From positions 8,682,001 through 8,746,000 of the forward strand of contig CM075990.1 in NCBI GenBank assembly GCA_038087875.1: 64,000 bases of DNA, in the 5' to 3' direction. This DNA is from Malacoraja senta (Eukaryota). The notes under the pieces were generated by a model. The model searched no databases and had not been told where the DNA came from. It saw nothing but the letters and a program-made list of their open reading frames with translations. Shown in pieces: positions 39,052 to 51,147 of this stretch (its first letter is position 1; each line of letters begins with the position of its first letter). The position numbers were made by a program, and so were the translations under genes.

Positions 39052-40310
39052 CTAGACATCAAATGGGAGGGCTGGTCCTCCAACGCAATATTCCACCTCT
39101 CAACCAATTCCAATATTGGCGGCCAGTGGGGGGGGGGGGGCTTTCTGGAGCGCTAGCATGGGTGTTGTGGGTTGATCGGACTGGTTTCCAGAGGGCTAGT
39201 ATGGACAGTGTGGGCCAAATGGATTCTTGGGCTGGCGGCTCACTCACTCAAGCCTGTTGTGCTGGCAGCTCAGTCACTCACGGCTGGTGGGCTGGCAGTT
39301 GACACGGCTATTCCTTGAAATTTCATTTCAAGCAGGGTGCAAAGCCACCAAATTCAAGTGCAGTTTCGTACCACTTCAAGCAGGGTGCAAGGCCACCAAA
39401 TTCAAATGAAGTTTCATACCATTTCAAGCAGGGTGCAAGGCCACTAAAGACAGCGAGTCGTGACCTCTCCCTCCTCCATCTTGCAGAGACTGAGCCACGC
39501 CCACACTTCTGGGTTTTATAATCCCTCCCCCCCTCCCACCAGAAGGGGCATGGCCTTCATGGCGTGATTGACAGGAGAGAGAATCTCAACATTTTTTAAA
39601 CACTAATAACTCTTTTATTTTTCATCGATGGGAAAAATCCTCGTCACCTGATGAGTGGAGGGGGACTCTGAGTAAGATGGCCAATAATCACAGCCGTACG
39701 TGGGAGCGTTTTTTCTAAAATCAATATAAATGCAAACAGAAAGTGGTCAAGATTAGACTTTTAATTATATAGAAGGCAAGGCAACTTTAATTAGGCAACG
39801 TAACTTTAATTATGCAACTTAACTTTAATTAGGCAACACAGCTTGAGCATTTCCAAACCAAAGGCAACACAGCTTTAGCATTTCCAAACCAAAGGCAACA
39901 CAGCTTTAGCATTTCCAAACCAAAGGCAACACAGCTTTAGCATTTCCAAACTATATTTTCAAACCACATTAAGGGCACTGACAGGTCAGTAAAACCACTC
40001 ACAGTTTAGTAGACATGTGTTCAGTGTTATTCACAGCTCAGACTGAGAGACGTGACCCTCTCGCTCCCCCATCTTTCAGAGACTGACTGGGGCACTCAAC
40101 ATTTCCGGGTTTTATAGTCACTCCGGAAGGGTCATGGCCTTCAGGAGAGAGAATCTCAACATTTTTAAAACATTAATAACTCTTTTATTTTTCATCAATG
40201 GGAAAAATCCTCTTGTCCTGGGCAGCGGAGGGGGACTCTGAGTAAGATGGCCAAAAATCACAGCCGTAAGTGGCAGCAACAGGAAGTGGTCAAGATCAGA
40301 CTTTTATAGA
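39052..40310 (-). mobile_element. Non-autonomous Helitron-like element
   Basis: Minus strand reads A|TCTATA... ...CTAG|T. A GGAGG-N6-CCTCC hairpin lies about 10 nt from CTAG. No TSD. Internal minisatellites. Confidence 0.65.
39833..39951. repeat. 31-bp tandem repeat (GGCAACACAGCTTTAGCATTTCCAAACCAAA) x ~4
   Basis: Directly visible tandem units inside the Helitron-like element. Confidence 0.9.
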
Positions 40311-40406
40311 TGATACATACATTAAACTTGAAGCTGAAATACCATGATTAATTAAAAATGTAAAAATAAGTGCTTATCATTTTAAAATTTCCTTTTGAGG
40401 AAGTTA

Positions 40407-40708
40407 AGGGCCTGTCCCACTTCAGCGACTGCCGGCACCCATCATAGTTCGCTGAAAAATTTCAATATGTTGTTGGCGACCTCAGAGCTGGCGACCTCTC
40501 ACGTCCATACAGGCGACCCCCTGGCGACATGCCTCTGGTGACACCCCGCGACATGTCGCCAGGGGTCACCTGTAGAGGTCTCCTAGTCACCCGAAGAGTC
40601 GTAGCGGCTTTCTGATCGCCGCTGAATTTTCAACATGTTGAAAATTTTCGCCGACCTATGACGGGTGCCGGCAGTCGCCGAAAAGGTCGCGTAAGTGGGA
40701 CAGGCCCT
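40407..40708. mobile_element. PIF/Harbinger-type MITE, copy C
   Basis: TIR AGGGCCTGTCCCACTT plus subterminal inverted GCGACTGCCGGCACCC. TTA TSD (40404-40406, 40709-40711). Confidence 0.85.
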
Positions 40709-41643
40709 TTAGAGTCCACACACACATTCAGTCTGAGGTTTCCTGGAATAAGAAGAGGTTCTACAGTGATGCAAATCTTTTCCTTTAATATGCTTGTTTT
40801 ATGTTCAGTTTATTTAGGTTATTTAGTTTATCGTCACGTGTACCGAGGTACAGTGAAAAGCTTTTGTTGCATGCTATCCAGTCAGCAGAAAGACAATACA
40901 TGTACCGAGGTACAGTGAAAAGCTTTTGTTGCGTGCTATCCAGTCAGCAGAAAAACAATACATGATTACAATCGAGCCATTTACAGTGTATAGATACATG
41001 ATAAGGGAATAACGCTGAGTGCAAGGTAAAGCCAGCACAGTCCAATCAAGGATAGTCCGAGGGTCACCAAAGAGGTAGATAGTAGTTCAGCACTGCTCTC
41101 TGGTTGTGTTAGGATGATTCAGTTGCCTGATAACAGCTGGGAAGAAACTGTCAATGAATCTGGTGGTGTGCGTTTTCACACTTCTATACCTTTTGCCCGA
41201 TGGGAGAGGGAAGAAGAGGGAGTGGCCAGAGTGCGACTCGTCCTTGATTATGCTGCTGGCCTTGCCGAGGCAGCGTGAGATATAAATGGATATATAACTA
41301 TTTATATTCAGCTGGTTGATCACAACTAAGGAATAAGCAACATCTATGGACTTTGAGAATATATTGGTTCATGCATCAATCAAATAATGAAAACATCTTT
41401 CTCTCTGTGGTTCTTTGGTTTGAGTTTAGATTGAGAATCAATGCAGTTGATGGATTTGAGTCTGACACAGTTTAGACTCACAATCTTTATTGAGGATCCT
41501 TGTCAATCATTCAGTTGTCTCACAAAAGCAAATCTGGGAATAGAAGATCTAATAAAGGATTTGACATTTCTCCTCTGCCTTGCTCACAGAAAACTAGCAC
41601 TGATTTATTTATCGATTGTTTCTTTTTATCATCTCCTCCGCAG

Positions 41644-41745
41644 CTGGCTGTTTGGGATCCAGTGATGGGTCTGAACGGGAGTCTCCAGGAGCGACGCTTG
41701 GAAAGTGACATGCAGGGAGTCATCCTGAAAGTGGTCACCATTCTG
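41644..41745 (+). CDS. GRID1: GRID1 (GluD1) internal coding exon, end of ATD / start of S1: LAVWDPVMGLNGSLQERRLESDMQGVILKVVTIL
   Basis: Pyrimidine-rich acceptor ...ctcctccgcag| and donor |GTAAAC. 102 nt, phase 0-0. Peptide resembles the delta-receptor GLNGSLQER...LKVVT segment and joins in frame to the next exon. Confidence 0.93.
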
Positions 41746-41971
41746 GTAAACAGAGATCTCCACATTAGTGTGATCAACTACTTAAAGAGTTCCAAGCCAG
41801 GTCCACTGCCCCACGAGATCTATCAGTCTCATCAATCCTACTCCACAACTCAAGTACTGTATTCCATCACTCCCAACAACCCCATCAGTCTTGTCATCCC
41901 CATCTCTCTCTTTGCTCAAGTCCATCATTCCCATCGCTTGAGCTCTCGATCACGTTCCAGTGACTTGACAA

Positions 41972-42445
41972 GTTTAGTTTACTTTAGAGATACAGCGCGG
42001 AAACAGACCCTTCGGCCCACCGAGATCGCGCCGAGCAGCGATCTCCGCACATTAACACTACCCTACACACACACATACACCAAGCCAATTAACCAACAAA
42101 CCTGTACATCTGAAGTGTGGGAGGAAACCGAAACTCCAAAGACGTACAGGTGTGAATGTTAATTAGCTTGGTATAAATGTAAATTGTCCCTCGTGTGTGT
42201 AGGATAGTGTTAATGTGCGGGGATCGCTGGTCGGTGCGGACTCGGTGGGCCGAAGGGCCTGTTTCCACGCTGTATCTCTAAATGAAACTAAAAATTATAA
42301 AAATCACGGAGAAAACCCACGCAGGTCACAGGGAGAACCTACAAACTCCGTACAGACAGCCCCCGTAGTTGGGATCGAACCTGGGTCTCCAGTGCTGCAA
42401 GCTCTGTAAGGCAGCAACTCTACCGCTGCGCCACCTTGCCACCCT
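41972..42445. mobile_element. Minus-strand V-SINE with an oppositely oriented SINE 3' half (about 42133-42292) inside it
   Basis: SINE tail (-), SINE tail (+), then SINE head (-). Confidence 0.75.
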
Positions 42446-43524
42446 GTCATTATATGGCCTTTCCAAGACTTCACTGCATCACAATTCACTGCAATATCAT
42501 GTTGCCTCATCTCCCTATCCTTCATGTTGATCTGTCGACCATGACCTCTTGCCTCTGGAGCCATACCTTGCTCACCTCCACCTCCACCTCCAACTAGCAA
42601 CCTTCAAAGGCTTGTCCCCTCATAGAGGTTGAAAGAAATGCCTTTTTTTGCCTCGTACGCAGTGTATGTGATTGAGCTGTCTTTCAGATCCAGCAGCTTA
42701 GGATATTTATCAGGGACCTAAAAAAGGGCTCATTATTCTTGGTTTACCTTTATTTTTATCTCCGTAACTCCTTAAAACCAGTTCAGAAACTGATTCATGT
42801 CAATCAAGGGGATAGCTAGGATATTAATGATCATGAAAATAATTTAAAAACTGCTGATGTTGCAAATCTAAAAACAGGAGATACTCGGAATACTTAGCAG
42901 GTCTGGCTGTGTCGGTGGGAAATGATAAAAGGTCTTTGAGTTGAAACGTCAACCCTTTCTTTTCTCACAGATACATAGAACATAGGAACAGGATCTCCGG
43001 CCCACAAAGTCTATAATAAGTCTATAATATTCCAAGTTAAATTAATCTCCTCTGCCTGTACAATATACATACCCCTCCATTACCAGTATTTCAATGATCC
43101 TATCCAAAAGTCTCTTCAATGCCACTATCTTCACTACCCCTGACAGCATGTTCCAGGCACCCACCATTCTCTGTGTAATGATGCCACCTCACCTGCTGAG
43201 TATATCCAGTACGTTCTGTTTTTATTTTAAAATTAGGTTTATATTCATACACATCAGTGGGGATTTGCTTCATGTTCCAGGCATTATTAACTCATTGGCA
43301 CAACATATATATTTTTCCAAAACCAATACACCAATCCAATAAAATAACCAAGGCCGAAACGAGATGTAAATAAATAATATATTGTATTGATGTTGGCCGT
43401 GAATGACCTGACATAGAGTGAGGAAGATTAGACTTCTTGTGAAACATCGGTTGGGCCCCAGGTGTAGCTCTTTCCTAGTTTGAAGGTGTTAATATTTAAT
43501 GCTGCCTGTATGCTCCTCAACCTT

Positions 43525-43812
43525 GCGTGTGTGTGTGTCTGTGTGCGTGTGTGTCTGTGTCCGTGTCTGTGTGTGTGCGTGCATGTGTGTGTGCGTTTGT
43601 CTGTGTCCCTGTATGTGTGCGTGCGTGCATGTGTGCATGCGTGTGTGTGTTTGTCTGTGTCTGTGTCCCTGTATGTGTGTGTGCGTGCATGTGTGTGTGC
43701 GTGTGCGTGCGTGCGTGTGCGTGCATGTGTGTGTGTGTGTGTGCATGTGTTTGTGTGCGTGCGTGTGTGCGTACGTGTGCGTGTGCGTGTGTGCGTGTGT
43801 GTGTGTGCGTGT
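43525..43812 (+). repeat. Complex (TG)n/(TGCG)n microsatellite abutting a GRID1 splice acceptor
   Basis: Directly visible; ends 8 nt before the exon start at 43821. Confidence 0.95.
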
Positions 43813-43820
43813 ACCCACAG

Positions 43821-44018
43821 GAGGAACCCTTTGTCATGGTCGCTGAAAACATCTTGGGACAACCAAAGCGCTACAAAGGGTTTTCCATTGATGTCCTGGA
43901 TGCCCTCGCAAAGAATCTTGGATTTAAGTATGAGATCTATCAAGCCACGGACCAGAAATATGGTAGCCAACTTCCTAATGGGTCCTGGAATGGAATGATC
44001 GGTGAACTCATTAACAAG
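43821..44018 (+). CDS. GRID1: GRID1 coding exon, S1 ligand-binding domain: [31 protein letters not shown]...[11 protein letters not shown]
   Basis: Acceptor cccacag| and donor |GTGAGC. 198 nt, phase 0-0. [26 protein letters not shown] is the GluD1-type sequence (GluD2 differs here, as I recall it). Confidence 0.96.
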
Positions 44019-47000
44019 GTGAGCACTCCTTTATTAACTCCTCTTGAATTTAATAATTGAATTTTACTGTTCATTTTCATTGTGGTCTGAGAATTTGATG
44101 AAACTCATGGACAACCCTAGGTTTACCATGCTGATATGGGCAAATTATCTGGTCTGGGACTGATCCAGTGCATATGGTATGCTTGCTTTCATAAGGTGGG
44201 ACATTGAGTGTAAGAGTCAGGAAGTCATGATACAGCTTTATAGGGCTTTGGTTTGGCTGCATTTGGAGTATTGTGTACAGTTCTGGCTGCCCCATTACAA
44301 GAAGGACGTGAAGGCTTTGAAAAGGGTGCAGAGGAGGTTTTCCACAATGATGCCTGGATTAGGGGGCATTAGCTACAGGGAGAGGTTAGACAGACTTAGG
44401 TTGTTTTCCGTTGAATGCTAGAGGATGCGGGAAGACCTGATAGAAGTATATAAAATTATAAGAGGCATAAATAGGGTTGACAGTCAGAATCTATTTTCCA
44501 GAAGAATCAAATAGGTCATAGTTTAAGGCAAGAGGGGCAAAGTTTAAAGGAGATGTGTGGGGCAGGTTATTTACACAGAGGGTGGTGAATGTCTGGAACA
44601 AGTTGTCAGGGGTGGTGGTTGAAGCAGATACGTTAATGGCATTTAAGAGACTTTTGGATAGGCATATGGATATGCGGGGAATGGGAGGGATATGGGTTAT
44701 ATGCAGGTAGATAAGTGATGGTCTTGGCAAAATATTCGGCACAGACATTGTGGGCCTTAGAGCTTGTTGGTGGACTGTACTCTTCTATATTTTAGATACT
44801 AGTGCTGATTGAGTGCTGCATTATTGCAGTAGAACAGGGTGTGGAGGCAGAAAGCAAGATGTATGATGATACAAACATGAAGGATAAGGTTGAGCTCCAA
44901 AGATCATAGCAACAGATGATCGGTCCTTGACTGAACGGAATGCGGGCTGGCTCATGACCAAAGTGTTGGAACAAGACCAAAAATGGGCCTGCACCAGTTA
45001 GTAGCAGGGAACACACAGTGCTGGAGTAACTCAAGTGATCAGGCAGCATCTCTGGCGAACATAGATCGGTGACAATTCTGTTCGGGACGTGTCTTCAGCA
45101 TCGGTTCCAGAGAATCACCACACAAAATTAAAGAAAGATTCTAGCAACGGCTAAAAAAAGGTAACAATAGGTTTAGGGCTCAAAGGTTGCATACATGGGC
45201 AGCTTGACTTTAGGGATAGTTATAATCCAACCCAAAAGAAAGGTGTGTGTGTGTGCATGAGTTTGAATGAAAGGGAGCTGCAGCTTCCAGTGTCATTATT
45301 ACCGTCTATCAGGCGGTTACCATCTTAGATACGGAGAGTGCTATGTGCTTGAGGTGAAGATAACAACAGCGCAGAGACAATGCAGATAGACTGATGCAGT
45401 GCTAAGAAGCAATACCAGGGGAATGGGGTGCTTGGGAAGGTCAAGCTGAGAAGGCCCAGAGCTGTCAGAGGAGCAGTGCACAGAAAGAAAGCAATCTTGT
45501 TATACAGGCATTACTGCACAATTTTAGTTTAGCTTAGTTTAGAGATAGAGCGTAGAAACAGGCCCCTCGGCCCACCGAGTCCGCACCGCCCAGCGATCCC
45601 CACACATTAACACTGTCCTACACACGAGGGACAATTTCACATTGATATCAAGCCAATTAACCTACAATCCTGTACATCTTTGGAGTGTGGGAGGAAACCG
45701 GAGATCCTGGAGAAAATCCATGCACTCGTCGTCAGGATTGAACCCGTAGTCAGGATTGAACCCAGGTCCTTGGCGCTGTAAGGCGGCATCGCTACCGCTG
45801 CGCCATGATGCCCCCCTATTCAATAATACGGAAGTGCTGACCCTCAGGATAGATAAAAAAACATTATTTCAGATCTTTTGTCACATGTTATTAGCAGAGC
45901 TGTGGAGAATCACAACCACTGCCCTTTACCATCAGAAGAAGTAATGAAGATTTATCTGTGATCTTCCTATGCATGAGCTGATGGCCACATAGTTGTCCAT
46001 GTGACATCAGTCCTGGAAACAGCAGGAGGCAACTCTATCCTGCATCCCTGTCTGCAGTTGGCTGAGACACTAAACAGAGGACTAAAGACAGGCACAGAGC
46101 AAGGGCAGGAGAGTTGGACATTTTCTTGACAATAAATTAACTGGAGAACTCCCCTTCTCAAAATGGAGTGGTGTCTATTTAGTAGAAAAGATAAATAATT
46201 TATGGTAGACCAACATTAATCTATGTCTCCATGAGTCGGAGTCATTTAGTGATGGGAAGGAGAACAGGTTATGGTTACCTGCATGGAATCATAGAAGAGT
46301 ATTTCTGGATGCTTCATGTCATTTGGTGGTGGGACTAGTTCTGCTGAAGCTTTCTCAGTGTTTTATTGCTTCTTAAGAGTTAGCAAGGACAGAAGAGCTC
46401 GATGCATCACAGCTACAGTATAATTCATCAGCTTAAAGGTCAATGTCAAAGTCAGCAGGCAACAGTTTTACATTTAAAGAAGAATGTTGAAAGGAGCTGC
46501 AGATGCTGGTTTATACCGAAGATAGGCACAAAGTGCTGGAGTAACTTAGCAGGTCAGGCAGCCTCTCTGGCAACATCTATCTAAAGAAGATACTGGCCTT
46601 TTGCATTTTTCTCAATTTTTCATTTATTTCCACGTACTCTTTGGAAAAAGTGTTTGCAGCTTTTCTTGTTCCTCTCCCCAAATACATTGCATTATTGATG
46701 ACTCCAGACACAGAAGGGTGGCAGACCACCTGCTGATCTCTCTCTGGAAACCATCAACTGATATGGTCCAAGAATGGTCTGACTCCCATTTTAATGGAGA
46801 AGCTGGGACTCTTACCTCGGACAGCAGAGATGCCACAGGCCTTTTGTCCAGAAGCCTCCGTCAACAGAGAAAATGTCCCATCAGAACTCCCCATCATGGC
46901 CAAACGTTGGAGATGAGAAATTGGAATCAGTGTGACAACTGTCACCGTTCGCTCAGAAATCCATGTGCCAATTAATTATCATTGTATAATTTCTCTTAAT

Positions 47001-49584
47001 GGAGCAGGGGGAAGAATTTCATATTAACACATTAAGCATTCATACCCTTAATGTTTGACGTTAAATTGAAGGCTGCAGTCCATTATAACATGATTTTCTT
47101 CATCAAATTACTTGAAACTAAGTTGTTTAAATCCATGGCCATCCTCTAATTACCAGCTCTCTGGAGTTTCAAATGTCATACGGTTAATGAGCCAACCCAA
47201 TGAGATTTTCACAATACCATAGTGAAATATTGGAGAATGTTTCATGCAACTTAAAATGTGCTTGTGGAGTATGAATATGGTAATCAGTACAGGCATGGGA
47301 TGTAACCAAGACAATTCTTTCTCATGATAGAGTCGCTGAGCAAATCCATGTAGGTAACACTAATTATTAGGGGAAAAGCCTGCATTTCGGAGCAACTTTA
47401 ATGTAATAAAAGGCTCTATAGCATTTTGCAGGAGCATTGTCAGATACAACTTTGAACCACGTATGGAAATAGCAAGATCAACAAATATAATCTAGGTTAA
47501 AGAGGTAGTGCTGCAGACAGTGTTTCAAGAGTCCAGTCAAGAGTGTTTGATTATCATATGTAGCAACAATTCAATTATTATTTGCCACAGCCTAACAAGG
47601 CTGCAAATGTAATACATTGGGAAATGATCTAAAAAATTAATTAGTAAATAACCGTAACACTAGGGCAACAAAAATCAAAGTAGTACTGCAACTAAGGACA
47701 CGTTGCACTGTATGATGAGGAGGAATTGCTTTCGTCAGAGGCTGGTGAATCTGTGGAATTCATTGCCACAGACGGCTGTGGAGGCCAAGCCAATGGATAT
47801 TTTTAAGGAGGGGATTGACGGATTCTTCATTAGTAAAGGAGTCAGGGGTTATGGGGCAAAGGCAGGAGAATGGGGTTGAGAGGGAAAGATAGATCAGCTA
47901 TGATTGAATGGCGGAGTAGACTTGATGGGTCGAATGGCCTATTTCTACTCCTAGATTGAATGAACATGAATTTGCATTGATGTTCACTGTTGCTGAGGTT
48001 AGTGTTGTGGAGTGTTCAAAGCCTGATGGTTTGTGGGAAAAAGTTATTCTTTAACCCTTCCCACAGGGGAGGAACTACCCTTCCCACAAGGTTCAAGTTT
48101 TCTCTTTAGCTCCTGCACCTTTTTCCCAGTAGTAGGAATGAAATCAAATGGCCGGGATTCTGTGAGTCTTTGATGATATTGGCTGAGAAGAAGAGAGAGG
48201 TGGTGTTGAAGGAGAGAATTAGAAGCTCACATGTTCAGTAGAATTAGGCCATTCAGCCTATCGAGTCTACTCCGCCATTCAATCATGGCTGATCTCTGCC
48301 CCCTAATCCCATTTTCCTGCCTTCTCCCCATAACTCTTGACACCCTTCTAATCAAGAATTTGTCTATCTTTGCCTTAAAAAATATCCACTGATGGCCTTC
48401 ACAGCCCTCTGTGGCAATGAGCTCCACAGATTAACTACCCTCTGACTAAAGAAGTTCCCCCTGATCTCCTTTTTAACATAACACCCTTTAATTCTGAGGC
48501 TGTGACCTCTGGTCCTAGACTCTCCCACCAGTGGAAACATCCTTTCCACATCCACTCTACGCCTTTCATTATTCTGTCGGTTTCAATGAGGTCCCCCTCA
48601 ACCTTCTAAACTCCAGCGAGTAGAGGCCCAGTGATGTCAAGTGCTCATCATATGCTAACCCACTCATTCCTGGGATCATTCTTAAAAACCTCCTCTGGAA
48701 CCTCTCCAAATCCAGCACACACTTCCCCAGATATGGGGCCCAGAATTGCTCACAGTACTCCAAATGCATACTGACCAGCGCCTTAGAGATCCTCCGCATT
48801 ACTCAGCTTGGCACCTTGGCAATGGATTACATGAGTGCCAATGAAGTAGCAATTATTATCAAGGATAATGCAGGACCTGGTCATTGAATAGGAGTCAAGT
48901 CAAGAGTGTTTTATTGTCATATGTCCCAGATAGATTGATGAAATTCTTACTTGCCAATAAACCCAAATGAACCAGAAGACAAGGACTTGCAGGATTGAAG
49001 AGAGAGGGAAGCAGTGAGGCCAGGGAGCGAGCTAAAAACTAGGGGAAGAAATTCAGACCCACACAAAGGGCAACTTCCAACTGCTTCCAAATTAAAAGTG
49101 GCAGAAGTATAATTGTATCAAAGTGGATTTATGCTTTCATTACAAGTGACTGCAAAACCATTATTTAATTAATAGTTTCAGGTGATATTTAATTCACAAC
49201 GATAAAGCTTGAATGCTTTCCAATTACTTTATCAAAATGACTGGTTTTAGATCTTGTCAGCATTTGTTTATTTAATTACATGCTTTCTTATGTGCCAGGC
49301 AGTTTGATGTTATTTGCCTCTCCCAGTGGCAACATCATCAGCATTTATTCCAGTTATTCCTTCATTCCCAGATTAATGTTGGCAAGTTCGTCCTTGGCTT
49401 AAACAACTCTAGGCTTAAAGACCAGCATCACACACGCAGCGTAGGTGGGTCCATGAATGTACCAGTGTATCAATGGAGTTCACGGCAAGGACATAATCCA
49501 GGAGCAGTGTCAGAGCACTCTTCAGGAGAGTTTTATTCCTTCATGTATCCCAGTCACAAAACTATCCATGAGATTACTGCAGAT

Positions 49585-50095
49585 ACAAGAAACTGCAGAT
49601 GCCGGTTTACAAGAAAGGACACAAAAAATAAATAGTTTCTATGTTTCTATGACACAAAGTGCTGGAGTGACTCAATGGGTCAGGCAGCATCCCTGGAGAA
49701 CATTGATAGGTGATGTTTCAGGTCGGGACCGTTCTTCAAACTGATTGTGGTGGGTGGGGGGAGAGAGGGTAGGAGAAAGCTGGATGGAGGAAGGGAAAGG
49801 CAGAGCGTGACAGGTAACAGGTGAACACAGGTGGGGGGGGGGGTGGGGGGGGTGGGGGGTGGGGGTTGATAGACAGATGATTGGACACAAAGGCCAGAGA
49901 TGAAATTACAGAAAGTGTGAGACAAATGGATTGAAGAACTGTGAAAGGTTGAGAGCAAAGGGGAGGGGAGAGATAGATGCAAGTCCATGCAGGGCACAGG
50001 GGAGGCGAGGAGAAGGGGGGGGGGTGTGGGGGGAGAAAGGGGTGTTTTGTGGGGAGGGATGTTTTGTTAGAGGCTACCTAAAATTGGAGAATTGA
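49585..50095 (-). mobile_element. Penelope-derived 3' terminal region with G-rich tracts
   Basis: Same terminal motif (GCTGGAGT.ACTCA...TGATGTTTCAGGTCGGGACC.TTCTTCA) followed by a purine-rich stretch. Confidence 0.6.
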
Positions 50096-50816
50096 ATTTA
50101 ATGAGATTATTGTGTTACAATCACTTCAAATGAAATTGTACACCAGTTTTGAAATTATATATATCTATCCACAGTAAAGGGACATAATGAAGACTGGTGG
50201 CTGCTCATTCAGTCAGGAATTTTAGGTGAAATTTCAACCATTGGGAATTTGGCTCAATATTTTTACCACAGATTATGTGCTGTAATCTGAGAGTGAGGTT
50301 TGAATTGCAAACTTTGGACGAGGTGAATGAACCATGTGGAACTGTATAACATAAAGGTAAAGACGTCAGCAATGATTGAATGGCAGAGTAGACTTGATGG
50401 GCCAATTGGCCTAATTCTTCTCCTATCACTTATGAATTGATGAAGACATAGCCGGCTCAGCTGCTTGGCAAGGTAATTGAGGAAAGGTCCTTTCCTTCAA
50501 TGAGAAATTCAGACCATCAATGAACTTGAACAAACAAGCTAATTCCCGGAAATACTGCGGTGTAAATAATTGTGATAATGTGGATGGTCGGCAACTAACC
50601 CTGAGGATCATAGACAGTTAAGATTGTAAATAGCAATTAATGTGTTAGAAGGGAGAAAATTGAGGGATATAAAAGAAGAAAGGGCAATTGCAATCAAGGA
50701 ACCAAGCTATAATGGCCGAGTGAGTGCAGGTAGTCAAGCTGAATGGTGAGACCTGGGCTTCTGATGCTAAAGTCCTGATATCAGGATAATAATTTTGCCT
50801 GTCTTCTTGTCCACAG

Positions 50817-51147
50817 AAAGCAGACTTAGCTGTGTCAGCAATAACCATCACTCCGGAGAGAGAGAGTGTTGTGGACTTCAGCAAGCGCTACATGGATTAT
50901 TCAATTGGCATCCTCGTGAAGAAGCCGGAAGAAAAGATCAACATCTTCTCAGTCTTTGCCCCCTTTGACCTTGCAGTGTGGGCCTGCATTGCCGCTGCCA
51001 TCCCGCTGGTGGGGGTCCTGATCTTTGTTCTCAATCGGGTGCAGTTGGTCCGAACGCAGACTCCAACGCACTCTCAGAGTCCGGCCTCCGCCTCCAACAC
51101 TCTGCATACCGCCATCTGGCTGGTCTACGGGGCATTTGTTCAGCAAG
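50817..51147 (+). CDS. GRID1: GRID1 coding exon, end of S1, M1 and M2 pore loop: [29 protein letters not shown]...[11 protein letters not shown](G)
   Basis: Acceptor tcttcttgtccacag| and donor |GTAACT. 331 nt, phase 0-1. iGluR motifs [12 protein letters not shown] and GAFVQQG. Confidence 0.96.

Noticed and set aside
39833..39951. CRISPR-like array (also considered for 26545-27620)
   Set aside because: Tandem units without unique spacers, no cas genes, vertebrate context.
40838..40963. ~62-bp tandem duplication
   Set aside because: Lies within a LINE 3' UTR; an ordinary slippage-type duplication.
41500..42162. 220-aa ORF overlapping the first GRID1 exon
   Set aside because: Only 41644-41745 is receptor-like and bounded by splice sites. 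The rest is intron and SINE read-through with no support as protein.
43428..44060. Overlapping ORFs on both strands
   Set aside because: Microsatellite translation; only 43821-44018 is coding.
49830..49866. G-quadruplex-forming tract as a regulatory element
   Set aside because: Part of a Penelope-derived repeat, and homopolymer lengths are error-prone; no evidence of function.
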